Shown one piece after another: positions 43,344 through 57,000 of a DNA stretch of 64,000 nt (its first letter is position 1; every line of letters begins with the position of its first letter). The position numbers and the translations under genes were made by a program. Below the pieces are notes generated by a model that was not told where the DNA came from, did no database searches, and saw only the letters and a program-made list of their open reading frames with translations. Source of the DNA: Balamuthia mandrillaris (Eukaryota); contig JAVKOQ020000006.1 in the NCBI GenBank assembly GCA_031835245.2, positions 310,001 to 374,000 on the forward strand, in the 5' to 3' direction.

Positions 43344-43432
43344 ACACGAGGACAGTCTCCACCAATGGACGTTGGCCTCTTATATTACGAAAGCGGCAGC
43401 ATAAAAGAGAGCCTGCCAGGCATTTCTTTTTT
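43344..43432 (+). promoter_or_regulatory. Conserved promoter block of LPMO-like copy 2
   Basis: ACACGAGGA..ACCAATGGACGTTGGCCTC..CTGCCAGGCATTTCTTTT is shared with copy 1. Confidence 0.65.
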
Positions 43433-43489
43433 CAGCTGAACACGACAAAAAAAAAACCACAGAAACAACAACAAACCCACTGACAAACA

Positions 43490-44848
<1,359 letters not shown>

Positions 44849-45118
44849 AAACAAAATAGTGCTTTCTTCGTTTGGCTCTTTCGTTTCGTTGCAAACTACC
44901 AAACAAAAAAAATACAAAAACAAAGTTCAACTACCTTGTTCTTCTTCTTTCTTGTTCTTGCTTCTTCTTCCTGTTCTTCTTCTTCTTCTTGCTTCTTCAG
45001 CCTCTTCTTCTTCTTCTTCTTCTTAACTCTTTCTTCTCCTTAAAAAAATAGCCTGAGCTTTTTTTTTGTTGTGTTTTGTTGGAAAGCTGCTCCTAAACTG
45101 AGAGAGAGAGAAAAAAAG

Positions 45119-47344
45119 ATGAAGCAGTTGCACCGGCCGACCTCCTCTTCTTCTTCCCCTGCTTTCCTCCTCGCTTCGTTTGGCTCTACGCGCAACATCT
45201 CTCTCACCACTGCGCTCCTTCGAAGGTAAAACGGCTCTTTCATCCGTAGGATTTGTTTCTTCTTGCTGATCTGATCAAACAGTGGCACCACTGCTACGCT
45301 TTCGAGGACAAGAAGCGAGGAGAAAAGACAGCCCATCAGCAATAACAATAACACTACGAGATGGTACGGCTCTGTGCCGTCCTCTGCTTCAGCGGCGGCC
45401 TCAGCGCCCACGTGTGACTTTTTGGTGGTGGGCGGCGGCGTCATCGGCCTCAATGTGGCCATGGAGCTCCAGCGACGCCACAAACAAGCCAAAATCATCC
45501 TTTTGGAGAAGGAAGCCCAGTGTGGTCTTCATGGTAGTGGTCGTAACAGGTTTCTCCCTTTCTTCTGTCTTCTGTCTTGTTTCTTTCGTAATTCATCTGT
45601 CTTCGTTCCTTCGTCGTTCTTCGTTCTTCTTCGTTCTTCGTTCTTCGTTATTCATCTTTCTTCGTTCTTCTTGTGGTTTCTCTGCCTCACTCTTTTGTCT
45701 CAACGCCGTAACAAAATAGTGGGGTGTTGCATGCTGGCTTCTATTATACGGCAGACAGTCTAAAGGCAAAGTTCACGAGGGATGGCAACCTTGCCCTTCG
45801 CAAGTACATCGAGGAGAAGGGCTTGAAGCTGAACAAGTGCGGTAAGTTGGTCGTTGCCAGGAATGAGGGGGAGCTCGAGGGCCTGGCCACCCTCTTGGAG
45901 CGAGGCCAACGCAATGGCGTCACTTTGGAGGAGATAACTGAAGAGCAGGCCAAACGCATCGAACCTCGCGTCAAAACGTTCAAAGTAACATAACTTCTCT
46001 TCTCTTCTCATCTCTCTCTCTCTCTCTCTCAAAGAGTTGATGTTCCTGTCTTTTCTTTAAAGAGAGCATTATGGTCTCCAATGACAGCATCTGCGGATCC
46101 GGGGGAGGTGATGCATTCACTTGTGGCTGATGCCAATGCCATGGGTATTCAAATTGTTACCAACGCTAGGTACGAGTGCAGTCAGAAACAAGACCTGCCC
46201 AACAATGAAACCCTCGTTAAGACCTCTCAAGGCAGTTTTCATGCAAAGGTTTCTTCTCTTCTCTTTTCCTGTATCTACTCTCTTTCTTGGACCTCTTTTT
46301 CTCTCTTTCTCTGCTTTTCTTACAAGGCTATTGTACGCAGTACGTGGTATCAGCTGCTGGGTTGTATGCAGACAAGGTAGCCAAAGACTTTGGCTTCTCG
46401 CAAGACTATGACATCCTTCCCTTCAAAGGATTGTATCTCTACGTCGACAACCCGAATATAAAGCTCAACACCAATATCTATCCTGTCCCCAACTTGAAGA
46501 ATCCGTTTCTGGGGGTGCATTACACAGTCACAGTAAATAACAAAGGTACTTTGTTGTTGTGGTTGCTCTTGTCTTTATCTTTCTTGTCGTGTCTTGTTAT
46601 TTCTTTCTTTCTTTCCTTCTTCTTCGCCTTAGAACTTAAACTAACAGTTTTACTAAATCAGTTAAGATAGGGCCAACGGCCATTCCTGCGTTTTGGAGAG
46701 AGCAATATTCTTTGACCGACAACTTCAACGCGAAGGAAATGTGGGAGGTATTATCTCTTGAGGCCTCGCTCTTCCTGAAAGCTGGTTTCGGCTTCCGAGA
46801 GCTTGCTCTTGCCGAAATGAAGAAATATTATCGGCCTTACATGATCGGTCAGAGTCTTACCCTTCTCTTCCTTTTTAATTCTTTCTTTCATTCTTGTCGT
46901 TTTTGTTCTCTGCGTCTAATGGTGAAAAGAAAATAGGAGAGGCCACATCCATGCTGGAAGGCATTACAAGCGCCGACTTTCACACATGGGGCAAACCAGG
47001 CATCCGCGCACAACTGGTCAACAGGTAAGTGAAATGTCGTTTTTCTGTTTTATCTTCCATGGGGCAAACCAGGCATCCGCGCACAACTGATGGGAAAGTG
47101 GATGGGCGCTTCTGTGGCCCTCTAGCCCACCCCATCCCCGCGTTCTCGCAAGAACTTTCATTTGTGAGTTACTCACTTGTGTGACTTTTAATCCATCAGG
47201 AAGGATAGGAAGTTAGTGATGGACTTTGTGTTGGAAGGAGACAAACGCTCCTTCCACGTGTTGAATGCCGTAAGTCCTGCATGGACTTGCTCCATTCCTT
47301 TCGCCAAGTACACTTGCGATCACATCGAGCGTTATCTTCAATGA
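45119..47344 (+). CDS. lhgO: L-2-hydroxyglutarate oxidase/dehydrogenase (LhgO/L2HGDH family) with a probable N-terminal targeting peptide
   Basis: DFLVVGGGVIG (FAD-binding), LLEKE..SGRN-SGVLHAGFYY..SLKAKF, AAGLYADKVA, IYPVP..PFLGVHYT, IGPTA, PGIRAQL and HVLNAVSPAWT. Confidence 0.88.
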
Positions 47345-47351
47345 TAAAGCC

Positions 47352-47383
<32 letters not shown>

Positions 47384-47874
47384 GAGAGAAGCGTTTGGTA
47401 GTTGTGTCAATCAATGCATGGTATTATTACAAATAAAAAAGAAATTTAAAAAGTTTCGCTTTTGGTGGATGCATAACGTTCTCGTCCAAATAAGCCATTT
47501 TTGAGGTCCGTGCGGTGATGAATAGTTGGTGGAAGGGAGAGATTCAACTGTTGAGAAGAAGACTCACAGATGCTGCAACGTGCGCTGAGAGGGTGAGTTC
47601 TCCTCAAACACTATTCCCCAAAAGGGTCGTGCGTTGGGGAAGTTCTCCTTTTCTTCCTTTTTTCTTCCTTGTTTTTTTCGTTCCGGTCTTCTCTCTCTTT
47701 CTCTTTTAGTTTTTCCTCCTCTTTTTCAAGCAAAGAAGAGGAGGAACAAACAAAAGAGGAAAGAATGGAGAAAGAGGGTGCTTACAGTGTCGAAAGGACT
47801 CCGTAAGTACAGAAAACTGAAAAGGAAGTAAAGAAAAAGGAAGGAAGAGGGCGTTGCTTCTTCCCTCCTTCATC

Positions 47875-49242
47875 CTACTCGGATCCAGAAGAATAGGCAG
47901 CAAGTTCTCGCGCGTTGCGCTGTTGGCGAGCATTTCTCTCGCGGATCTCCATCTCTGCCTCCAACAGTCGCAGCGTTTCCTCTCGCCTCTTACTCTCCTT
48001 GCCGTGGTCTCCCTTGTTGTTGATCAGCATGCTTAGGGGTATGCTGTTCTTTGTTCCCGTTGTCTTCTTTATCTTTTTGCGATACCTCAGTCCACATCTA
48101 CAAGTAAAACAAAAAATAAGAAAATGAGAGAGAGAGAGAGAGAGATAGGGAATGAATGAATAAATGAAGAACGTACGCATTGCAAAGAGTGCCTCTACCC
48201 AAAGGACCTGACCTCCACTCCGGCGTGTCAGTGGCGTTGCAGTGCGAGCAAACGCGTTGTCTAGGCTTTTTCCTCAGCCTTCGGCGTACCCTCTTGTGCT
48301 TCTTAGTCTTGGTCCTGCCTTGTTGATGGGCCAAAGCAGCGAGGGCCAGGTGATAGGTAGTTAGGTTGTAGTTGGCAGCGAGGGCTTGTTGCTGCAAGGC
48401 CGCATACTGATGGGCGAGGTGGGTTGGGTCCGGAGGGGAAGCTGTGTGAGGAGCGCCTGTTCCTCGTGTGGCAGCCGCAGCTGCTGCTGCCATGAAGAAT
48501 GGACTGGAGGAGGCTTGTGGTTGCTGTTTGTGATGATGGAGGTTGCTGGGAGCAGGAGTCATTGCGCTGCTACCGGGTGACATGGAGCTCACTGCCATGT
48601 GAGAAGGAGAAGACGTAGGGGCGGCAGCAGATGCAGAAGGAGGAATCCCAACAAAGGCTGTTGCTGTAGAAGGAGTAGGAAACACAGGGAGCGTGGCCGA
48701 TGGAGGAGCAGCTGGTGCCGCGGAGAGTAGTTGTTGTGTGTATGCCGCTTGTTGTTGCTGTTGGGATGGCAAAGAGGCAGCGTCAACTTGAGAAGGTTGG
48801 TTTGTGGAGGAAGGAATGAATGCAGTCCCAGCTCTTGGTCGGAGTGCCTTAGGGATCTTGCAAGCAGGAGATGACGAGGAGGCCATAGCCTCGTGTGTGG
48901 AAAAGGAGGAAGAACAAGAAGAGGAAGAAGAAGAGAGTTGAGAAGGAGACGACATGTGCTGTGCGGAAGAAAGAGGAACATAGGAGCACATGTGTGCCGC
49001 TGTTGCAAGCATAGGCAGAGAGGAGAAGTTCTGGGAGCTGTGGCTGCTGTGACGACTAAGGCCCGCCGGAAGCGGAAGAGAGGCTGTCGCCAGCAGCGAC
49101 GCAGCGGAGGCCGAAGCCGTCTCTACCGCGATCTTGTCGTGCGAATGTCCTCCCATGAAACCAAACTGTTGCTGTTGCTGAAGTTGTTGTTGCTGTTGAT
49201 TTGCCCTTCGTGTAAGCAATTTTTCCTGTTTGCGAGCGAGCG

Positions 49243-49287
<45 letters not shown>

Positions 49288-49453
49288 AGAGATGGATCGT
49301 TTTTGTATAGTAGCAAGCAACACGACTACTTACCCCCATCAAAACGAGCGGTGGGGCAGGAGGCAGAGGAGCATCTTTTATGAGTTCAGACAACGAGGGC
49401 AACGTCTGTGGTTGGGTAGAGGATTGTGTAGCAGGTATGGCTGAACAATGCAT
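47875..49453 (-). CDS. GATA zinc-finger transcription factor
   Basis: Spliced [32 protein letters not shown] (C-x2-C-x18-C-x2-C) after a Q/S/P/A-rich region. Confidence 0.92.
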
Positions 49454-50601
49454 TTCGTAAAAAAAACCTAGTTTTTTTGTGTGTGTCTATGAGTAATTAT
49501 TTTTTTTGTTGTTAGCAAAGTGAATAACTTAAAAAAATAATACATTATAAACTTTAAAACTCGTAATCAAAAAATATAAAAGATCAAAATTAAAAAATTA
49601 AAAAGTAATCAAGTCAAAAAAAAAACCAGAAGAAAAAAAAGTAGCAGAGATATGGGAACGCGTACCTTCAGCCAGAGCAAAAAAAAGCAGTGAACACCAA
49701 GCAGTAAGCGGGAGAGGGGGGGAGTTGGAAAGCGCTTTCTCTCTTATGCGCGCCTTTCGTGGTGCTTGGTAGTGCTAGTGTTTTGTTTGTGTTCGCTTCG
49801 TTTGAAAGGGAGAAATAAACAAGTCAAAACTAAAAAATTTGCAGATGACCCCGGCTATTTAAAGCAATTTCGTCTCCGCGGATACCGCCAGGAACTCAAA
49901 TCGGAGAATAAATAAAAAATGGATAACAGATGTGAACGCGTGTACCCAAGCGAACCTGCCAATCTTCTAATTGAATTACCCTATTTTGAGGATTTTGCTT
50001 TACAGGACATCTCGTCCGTTTCTATATGTTTGAAAGCGGAACTACAGATTCTCGGGCTGACATGTTGAAGGGTGTCCAGCGGGAGGGGCGCTTCCAGGAT
50101 GGACACTCTGCTGAATAGTGGTGAAATAGCCATTTCTCTGGTTAATCTATTTTTGGGCTTTGACCAATTTGAGATTGTCTTTTAAAGGTGAAAAGAAAAA
50201 TTAATTTGAGATCGTTTCTCGTTAAGACATCTCCGTCGAATTTTTAAGTATTTTCACTGGCTCCCACCACTCGAGCTAAACTTGTCATGCCCACGTGCAG
50301 GTCCTGAGCCCATTTCTCAATCGATTTCCCCATATTTATCAACCAAGCTCCGCTCCCCTGAGGTAACCGGCTCCGCTTCCCCAGTACAACCGATACGCAA
50401 TCCGCACCTCTGCCGTCAACTCTACGCAAGTTGTCCGCCAGATTTCTCCTGTCAAGACAACCCCACTGCCCCTGCCCCTACGATTGGCGGTTGCATTGCC
50501 GCTACTACTGATGATGAAGGGGTGGAGCACGTAAATGAATGAAGCCGGTCAGCAAAAAAAAGATTGGGTCGGGGGGGATCGAGATATACAACCCTCCGCG
50601 G

Positions 50602-51039
50602 TTACAAGAACAACCCATCGTTCTGCCATCGTCGGCTGTTATCAAGAGTTGTCACTGACTTTTGGGGGGTTGAACGCGCTGCAACAACAACAACTTCTTC
50701 TTCCTTGACCGCAGACGCGTTATAGTAATTCCAGCTGCAAGGATCCACCTATTCATTTGTTGTTAAGTTGCAGAGCCGAAAATAAAAAAAAAAGAAAACG
50801 AAAGAGAAGTTCAGTTTAGTTTGACCACCAACGGTGACCCATGCGGAACGGGGAAGGAGAGAAAAAGATTTGTGTAATGCTCTCGCAATGCCCTAACCTT
50901 TGATACCAGCAGATACAGCCCTCGTCCTGGACCGCGTCCCCATTGCATGCCCCTGGGGATCCACTTTAGCCGGTTTTCGCCCTCGATAAAGTCGTTGATG
51001 AGCTGCAAAGGGGGAGGGCAGCATTAGGTTTGTCTCGTC

Positions 51040-51083
<44 letters not shown>

Positions 51084-52009
51084 GATGGCGGAGTGAGAAG
51101 GTTTTTGGAGGATAGTCGGAGTAGATTTATGCTTACTTGTTCTCGCTGTGTGGTAGAAAATACAAAAGGTCAGTCTCTACACATTCATTTCGTTTCTCTT
51201 TTTTCTCTCTCCCTCTTCTCTTTGCTCTCTTGAGCGTTTCCTCTCTCTCTCTCTCTCTCTCTGTTGTACCTTTTCCTTGCGAAAGACATGAAAGAGCCAG
51301 AAGGCCACGCCACAAAGAAGCAGAGGAACTAGGGCCAATGGAACGAACTCCAACCGTACGCCTCCTAACAGAAAGGGAACGCTAATAACCGCGACTAGTA
51401 TATTTTTAACTAAAAGTTAACCTTCCGTTCTCAAACAAAACCAAATGTCGAGAAAAAAAAAGCAGGCGGAACGTACAAAGCACGAGGCCGAAACACAGGG
51501 CGAGAAGGAGAATGAATTCTTGTTTGCGCCATATGACGGCATGATGGAGGGCTTCGATGCTGCGCAGGGTAGCTATCCACTCTCGTTTACTTACCTATCG
51601 TTGGATATGTTTGTGGGTTTTACACCGAGCAAGCATGAGGTGAAAGATGGTGGGAGAAGAGAGGAGAGAAGCAGCGAAGAGAGAGAAGGGAGAGATAGAA
51701 TGAACTTACCCTGGTGCTGATCTGAGGCGGCATTTCGGACTGGTAAGCAAACGTCGGGGTGGTCCTCCCGCGGAGCCGGTCCGCCAGCCCGCGCAAAGCA
51801 TGTCTCCTCACAGGAAATGCGCGAAGGCGGATGGGCAGACGTATCCTATGGCCTCCCTCTTCTTCCTGTTGCTCCACATTTTCCACGTCCAGCTGCCCGT
51901 TGGCTGACGTTGCGTTTATGTCCGTCGTTGTTGTGCGAGACGCTCTTTCCTCCTGCTTCTCCTCCTCTTGCTCTTCGGCTATGCGCTGGAACTCCACCCT
52001 CACCGGCAT
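50602..52009 (-). CDS. Small two-TM membrane protein, possibly Golgin-A7/ERF4-like (mostly missed by the ORF track)
   Basis: Six hand-spliced exons stay in frame: ..FAYQSEMPPQISTR-VSKREWIATLRSIEAL..FILLLALCFGLVL-FAVISVPFLLGG..FWLFHVFRKEK-REQ-LINDFIEGENRLKWIPRGMQW..LVSK-VDPC..LFL*. The family call rests on the pattern F..MP..RVS..EW..T..(TM)..N...RG..W. Confidence 0.6.
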
Positions 52010-52157
52010 GTTCTCGTCAAACTTTTCTTTTTGTTTTGTAGAATAAAATTTAAATTTATTTAGATAATTTTCGTGTCGTCATGGAACGTAACGGTTCACT
52101 AAAAAAAATAAAGAAAGAAAAAATAATATAAGTTAAAAAGCAGCAAGAAACCAAACT

Positions 52158-52328
52158 ATGGAACGCGAAGAGCAGGCGGACGCTGCGGCTCCTCCTCTTG
52201 TGTCGGAGTTACCTACGGAGGTCTGGGAGAACATCTTTTCGTATCTGGATAGCACTTCTTTGTTGCGCTGCCATCGCGTGTGCAAGGTATATTATTCTAT
52301 TTTTTTGTTTTTAGGCTTCGAGTGATGA

Positions 52329-52369
<41 letters not shown>

Positions 52370-53774
52370 TTGGACGTGTAGCAATGGAACGCTGTATGTC
52401 TGCCTGGTCTGCGTTCATTCACGCTGCCCAAGAGCCTTGCCAAGCACGTGGACGACGACTCTTTTGCAAAACTCTTGTCCCACATGCCGAACCTGCGCGA
52501 GCTGCGAGTCGCTGGCGCCTCTCTGTTGAAGCACTCTCTTGAGGAGGTGGCCCGCCTCTGCCCGGAGCTGCGTTCCCTTTCCCTAGAGGCGCTCAGCCCC
52601 AACTTCTTGAAGCCTCCTCTCGCTTTGTCCAAGCAGCTGACCTCTTTGGGGCTGCGAGGTCGCTGGTGGTTCAAACAGGCGGAGGAGGTGACCTCCTTTT
52701 TCAGCTCCTTTGCGGAGCTGCAACACCTTGACTTGAGCCGTTGCACTCAGCTGTGGGACCACCATCTTGTGGCCCTCGCCAAGGCGTTGAAGGATCACAG
52801 CCCTCAGCTGCGCTCGGTTAACCTGCAGGGGTGCTATAGGATAGGAGATGAGGGAGTGAAGGCCCTCTCCTTGCACTGCCCCTCGTTGCAGAGCGTGCAG
52901 CTCAAGGGGTTGAAGAACGTGAGCGATGTGTCTCTCCTGTCGTTGGCTGTCAATAATACCTCACTCGAAGCGTTGAACATATGGGGTATGGATTTAACTG
53001 CTCTCTCTCTCTCTCTCTCTCCTTACCCTCTCTCTCCTCTCTCACTCTAAATCTCTCTCTCTCTCTCTCAGGTGCTTTTTATTTTTCTTCTCTTCCTCTT
53101 ATTATATTCCCCTTCTCTTGTTCCTGTTGTTCTCCGCTCTACACGTTTACTCATTGAAAACACAAAAAAAAAAAAAAAACCAATCAGGTTGCGAAGGTGT
53201 CACAACGAACGGACTCACCGCTATTCTTCAAAGCTGCAGTAAACTTCGGGAGTTAGTGCTCAAGTTCATCTCCACGAGTCCCGACTTCTTGCACCCATTC
53301 ACCGCGTTGATCGACGGGACCTCGCCCTCCGCCTTTGCGTGCACTCAGCTCACTTATCTTGATCTTCAAGGATTGGTAGTCAACGACGACCTCCTCGATA
53401 CCATTTCACGAGCTTGTCCTCTGCTGAGAAACATCGACCTTCGGGATTGTTCTCTGCTTACCGCTACGGGAGTTGCTGCCCTTGTAAACCATTGCCCCCG
53501 GCTCCACTCCCTCTATCTGCGCAGTGAGAACATCAACGATGAGTGCTTGCAAGTCATCCAAGAAGCAAAACGACGACAACGTTCTTCTTCTTCGCTTGGC
53601 TTTTATCGACTCGATCTTCACTGCTGCGGTGCTGTAACATTGGAAGGCTTGTCTTGTCTTGAAGGGATACCTATCCAACTGCTCAACATCCAAGGAACGG
53701 CTGTGGTAGGTGTGGAACAGTTGCAACGTTTGCAGCGCGTTTTTCCGGATACGTTCATCCAGGTAACCTTCTGA
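52158..53774 (+). CDS. F-box/leucine-rich repeat protein (FBXL-type)
   Basis: F-box LVSELPTEVWENIFSYLD..LLRCHRVCK-QW. Cys-containing LRRs such as LQHLDLSRC, LRSVNLQGCYRIGDEG and LRNIDLRDC. Confidence 0.92.
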
Positions 53775-54008
53775 AGAGAAGCAAATAATAAAACCTCTTG
53801 TTTTCTTTAGCGACATTACCCGCCGATTGCTGTCGACGTTTCTCGTGTCGTCACATAAAATATAACTATTAGGTAAGTGTTTATCATCAACATAATAGGG
53901 AGAATAAAATTTTCCTGCTGTTGTCAATCTGAGCAACAAGTGTGCAGTCCGACTGTTTTTTTTCTTTCCGGCAAAGAAAGAAAGCAAGGAAGCAAAGCGT
54001 TCGATGCG

Positions 54009-57000
54009 ATGAGCGGGTTCTTCGTGGGGGGTGGTCAGCAGCGTGGCGCGCCATCAGGTTAGTTCGTTTTTGGATTCTTATTATTCTCCGCTCTGTTACA
54101 CTTCAAAGAAAAAACATAAAATTAAAAAGAACTCCTAACGATCATAGCGGGAGGAACAAGAGGAGGAGGTGGTGGTGGAAGCAAAAGGGGACGCGGGCGA
54201 GGTCGAGGAGGAGCAAGAGGAGGAAAGGGAAGAGGAGGGCAACAAGCCAACAACGCTGGAGAGGGCACGAAAGGGGTAGTCTTCCCATGGAGTGCATCCT
54301 CCTCCAGCAGCACCTCTGACCAAAGCCCAAATATCTTCCACAGCGCCGCCTCCTCTGCGCAGCCTACTAGCAACATATTTGCTGCGCAACAACAAGGAAG
54401 AGGAGGAGGGGGAAGAGGGAGAGGAGGAAGAGATGGACGAGGAGGAGGAGCCAGAGGAGGAAGCACTGCCGCCGCTGCTGCAACAACGACCACGAGAGGA
54501 AGAAAGCAAGCGAGCTCCGCTGCCTCTGGGAGAGGAGGAATGGAACTCAGCACTGCTGCTTCTGGAAGAGGAGGAAGCAGAGGAGGCAGAGGAGGCTATG
54601 CTGCTGAATGGCGAGGAGGAAGAGGAGGGCAGAGCGAACGAGGAAGAGGAGGCAGCAGAGGAGGGGGCTATGCTGCTGAATGGCGAGGAGGAAGAGGAGG
54701 ACGGAGCGAAAGAGGAGGGCGAGGAAGAGGAAGAGGAAGAGGAGAAATGACAGATGGAACGATGGATAGTACATTCAGCAGAGGAAGAGGAGGTAGAGGT
54801 GGTGGCGTGACAAAGCGTAGAGCACCACCCGGTGGCCTGCCACGCTTCACGCAGCGGTTCGAAGAGGAGGAACCAGAAGAGGAGGACGGATACACCCTGG
54901 AAGGGGTTCAAGAAGACAACATTTTTTTGAGGAACGAGAAGCCTAAAGCTCCTCCCGCTTTCGCAGGTGGCAGTGGCGGCGGCGGTTTGTTCGCTCGTGC
55001 CAACATTCAAGCACGAGGTGCTGAATATGCTCACGAAGATGACGACGTGGAGGAACTTGGCTATGGAACGGTTGATGATGGTGCAGAAGGAGAATATGAT
55101 GATGAAGAAGAAGACGAAGAAGAGGTATACGACGAAGAAGAGCAAGGAGCAGGAGATGATGAGTATTACGAAGGAACAGAAGAAGAGCAAGAAGAAGAAT
55201 ACGAAGACGAAGAAGTAGAAGACGAACAAGAAGGCGAAGAAGAGGAGGAGGAGCAAGAACAAACACGTGAGGCAGATGACGGCTTTGAAGAGCAATCCGT
55301 AGCTTCACACGGCAGCGCACCAAAGTGGCGGCTTGTAACTGGGCTCTCCTCAAAAGTATCCTCTTCAGCAACTCCAATACCCAAACCATCTTTCTCCTTG
55401 CAGAACGGTACATCTCTCGCTCCAGGTATCACTTCCTTAGCACTTAGTATGTCAACAACGGATCCCTCGTTATCCACACCATCAAAGCAGCCCTCTCTGT
55501 TCAAATCACCTTCACAAGCACCGCCAGCAAGTAGCAAACGAAAGGGTATCGAAAGCTTTCCATCCTCGGCTCTTACATCTTCTAAGGCGACATCACCGCC
55601 AAAGCCACTTTTGTCCGGCATGAGAACTGCCCATCTCATACAACAAAAGATGAGACCTTTGCCGTCGGCATCCTCTTCTGCCTCTTCTTCTTTCCAGACA
55701 ACAAACAAAAGCAAAGACCTTCGCTTCTTTCGGCGGTTTAAAGCTCAACCCACCGATTTGTCAGAGAGACATATTGCCGCTCGGCTCTCAGAGGACGGCG
55801 AAACTCTTGGAGAACCTTTTATTGGTACATGCATGGCCATGTGCCCTGTCAAAGAAGCCAAAGACAGAGAAGAATGGAAAGATCTCAGCGTGTTCGAGAT
55901 GGAGGAAGGCACTGAGGATTGGGCTCAACCCAAGGTTGACCTGGACAAGGCCGTCAAGAAGTACAAGAGACCCTCCGTGAACTTGGGGGACTCGCTGGCC
56001 ACTGCAAAGCCGGACCAAGTGCGTCCTCCAAAAGTGCTGCTGCAAACGTTGACCTATTTGGTGCACAACATTATGGACGACAAGACGTATCCTTACAGCG
56101 AGGTCTATGGCTTTGTGCGTGACCGGACGAGGGCCATTCGCCAGGACCTCACCCTCCAAAACATCAGTGACTGCTTGGCGGTGTTTATCTATGAGCAGGT
56201 GGCGCGCTTTCACATCATGTCTGACCACCGTCTCTGCGAACAGGATAAAGTGTCGTTCGACTCTTTTCAGAATCAGGTACGGCAGCGGATTAGCTCACAA
56301 CTCCTTTTGTTCTCTACTGCTTTTAAAACCAACAAACCACATAAATACATAACAGGAACAATTAGACAAATGTTTGATCAGTCTTCGACAAATGTATGAT
56401 GATTTGTATCAGGAAGGCATTGAATGCCCAATGAAGCGGAGTTCAGGGCCTATTATGTTCTTACGCATCTCAAAGGAGACGTTCAAGAAACGTTGCTCAC
56501 TGCCCGCAAAGAAATATATCATTCGAAAGAAGTTCAATTTACTCTTCGTGTACGTTCTCCATACCTGTTTAGACAGACTGTATTCCTCGTCTTTTCTGAT
56601 TTCTTTTTTCGCTTCTTACTTACTGACACAACAAAGGTATGGGAAGCTATGAAGGACAACAACTACTCGGCCTTCTTTCGATTAGTGAAGGAAGCATCCT
56701 ACCTTAATGCTTGCCTTATGCACAAATATTTTGATGGAGTTCGACTAAAGGCCTTAAAGACGATGAACAGAGTCTACGCCAGGGGCGAGGAATTTCCGCT
56801 CTCAGACCTGGTGACGCTGCTGGGCTTTGAACATGAGGAGGAAGCTGCCATGTTTTGCCAACACCATGGCTTGCTAGAGATGTGGGATGATGTTTCTGGT
56901 GAAGTTCCTGAGGGCGTTGAGTTTAAGAGCAAGAGCTTTGTGGGTAAGCAATTTTCTCTCTCCCCGAACGGGGGGTTTTTTTTTGAATTCTAATCAGTTG

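Noticed and set aside
49460..50600. Long non-coding stretch upstream of the GATA gene as an ncRNA or mobile element
   Set aside because: I saw no terminal repeats, tRNA or snoRNA boxes, or convincing ORF. It is more simply promoter and UTR sequence, possibly with a 5' UTR intron.
54135..55295. 386-aa hydrophobic, Ser-rich ORF on the - strand
   Set aside because: It is the antisense shadow of the RGG and acidic exon of SAC3.
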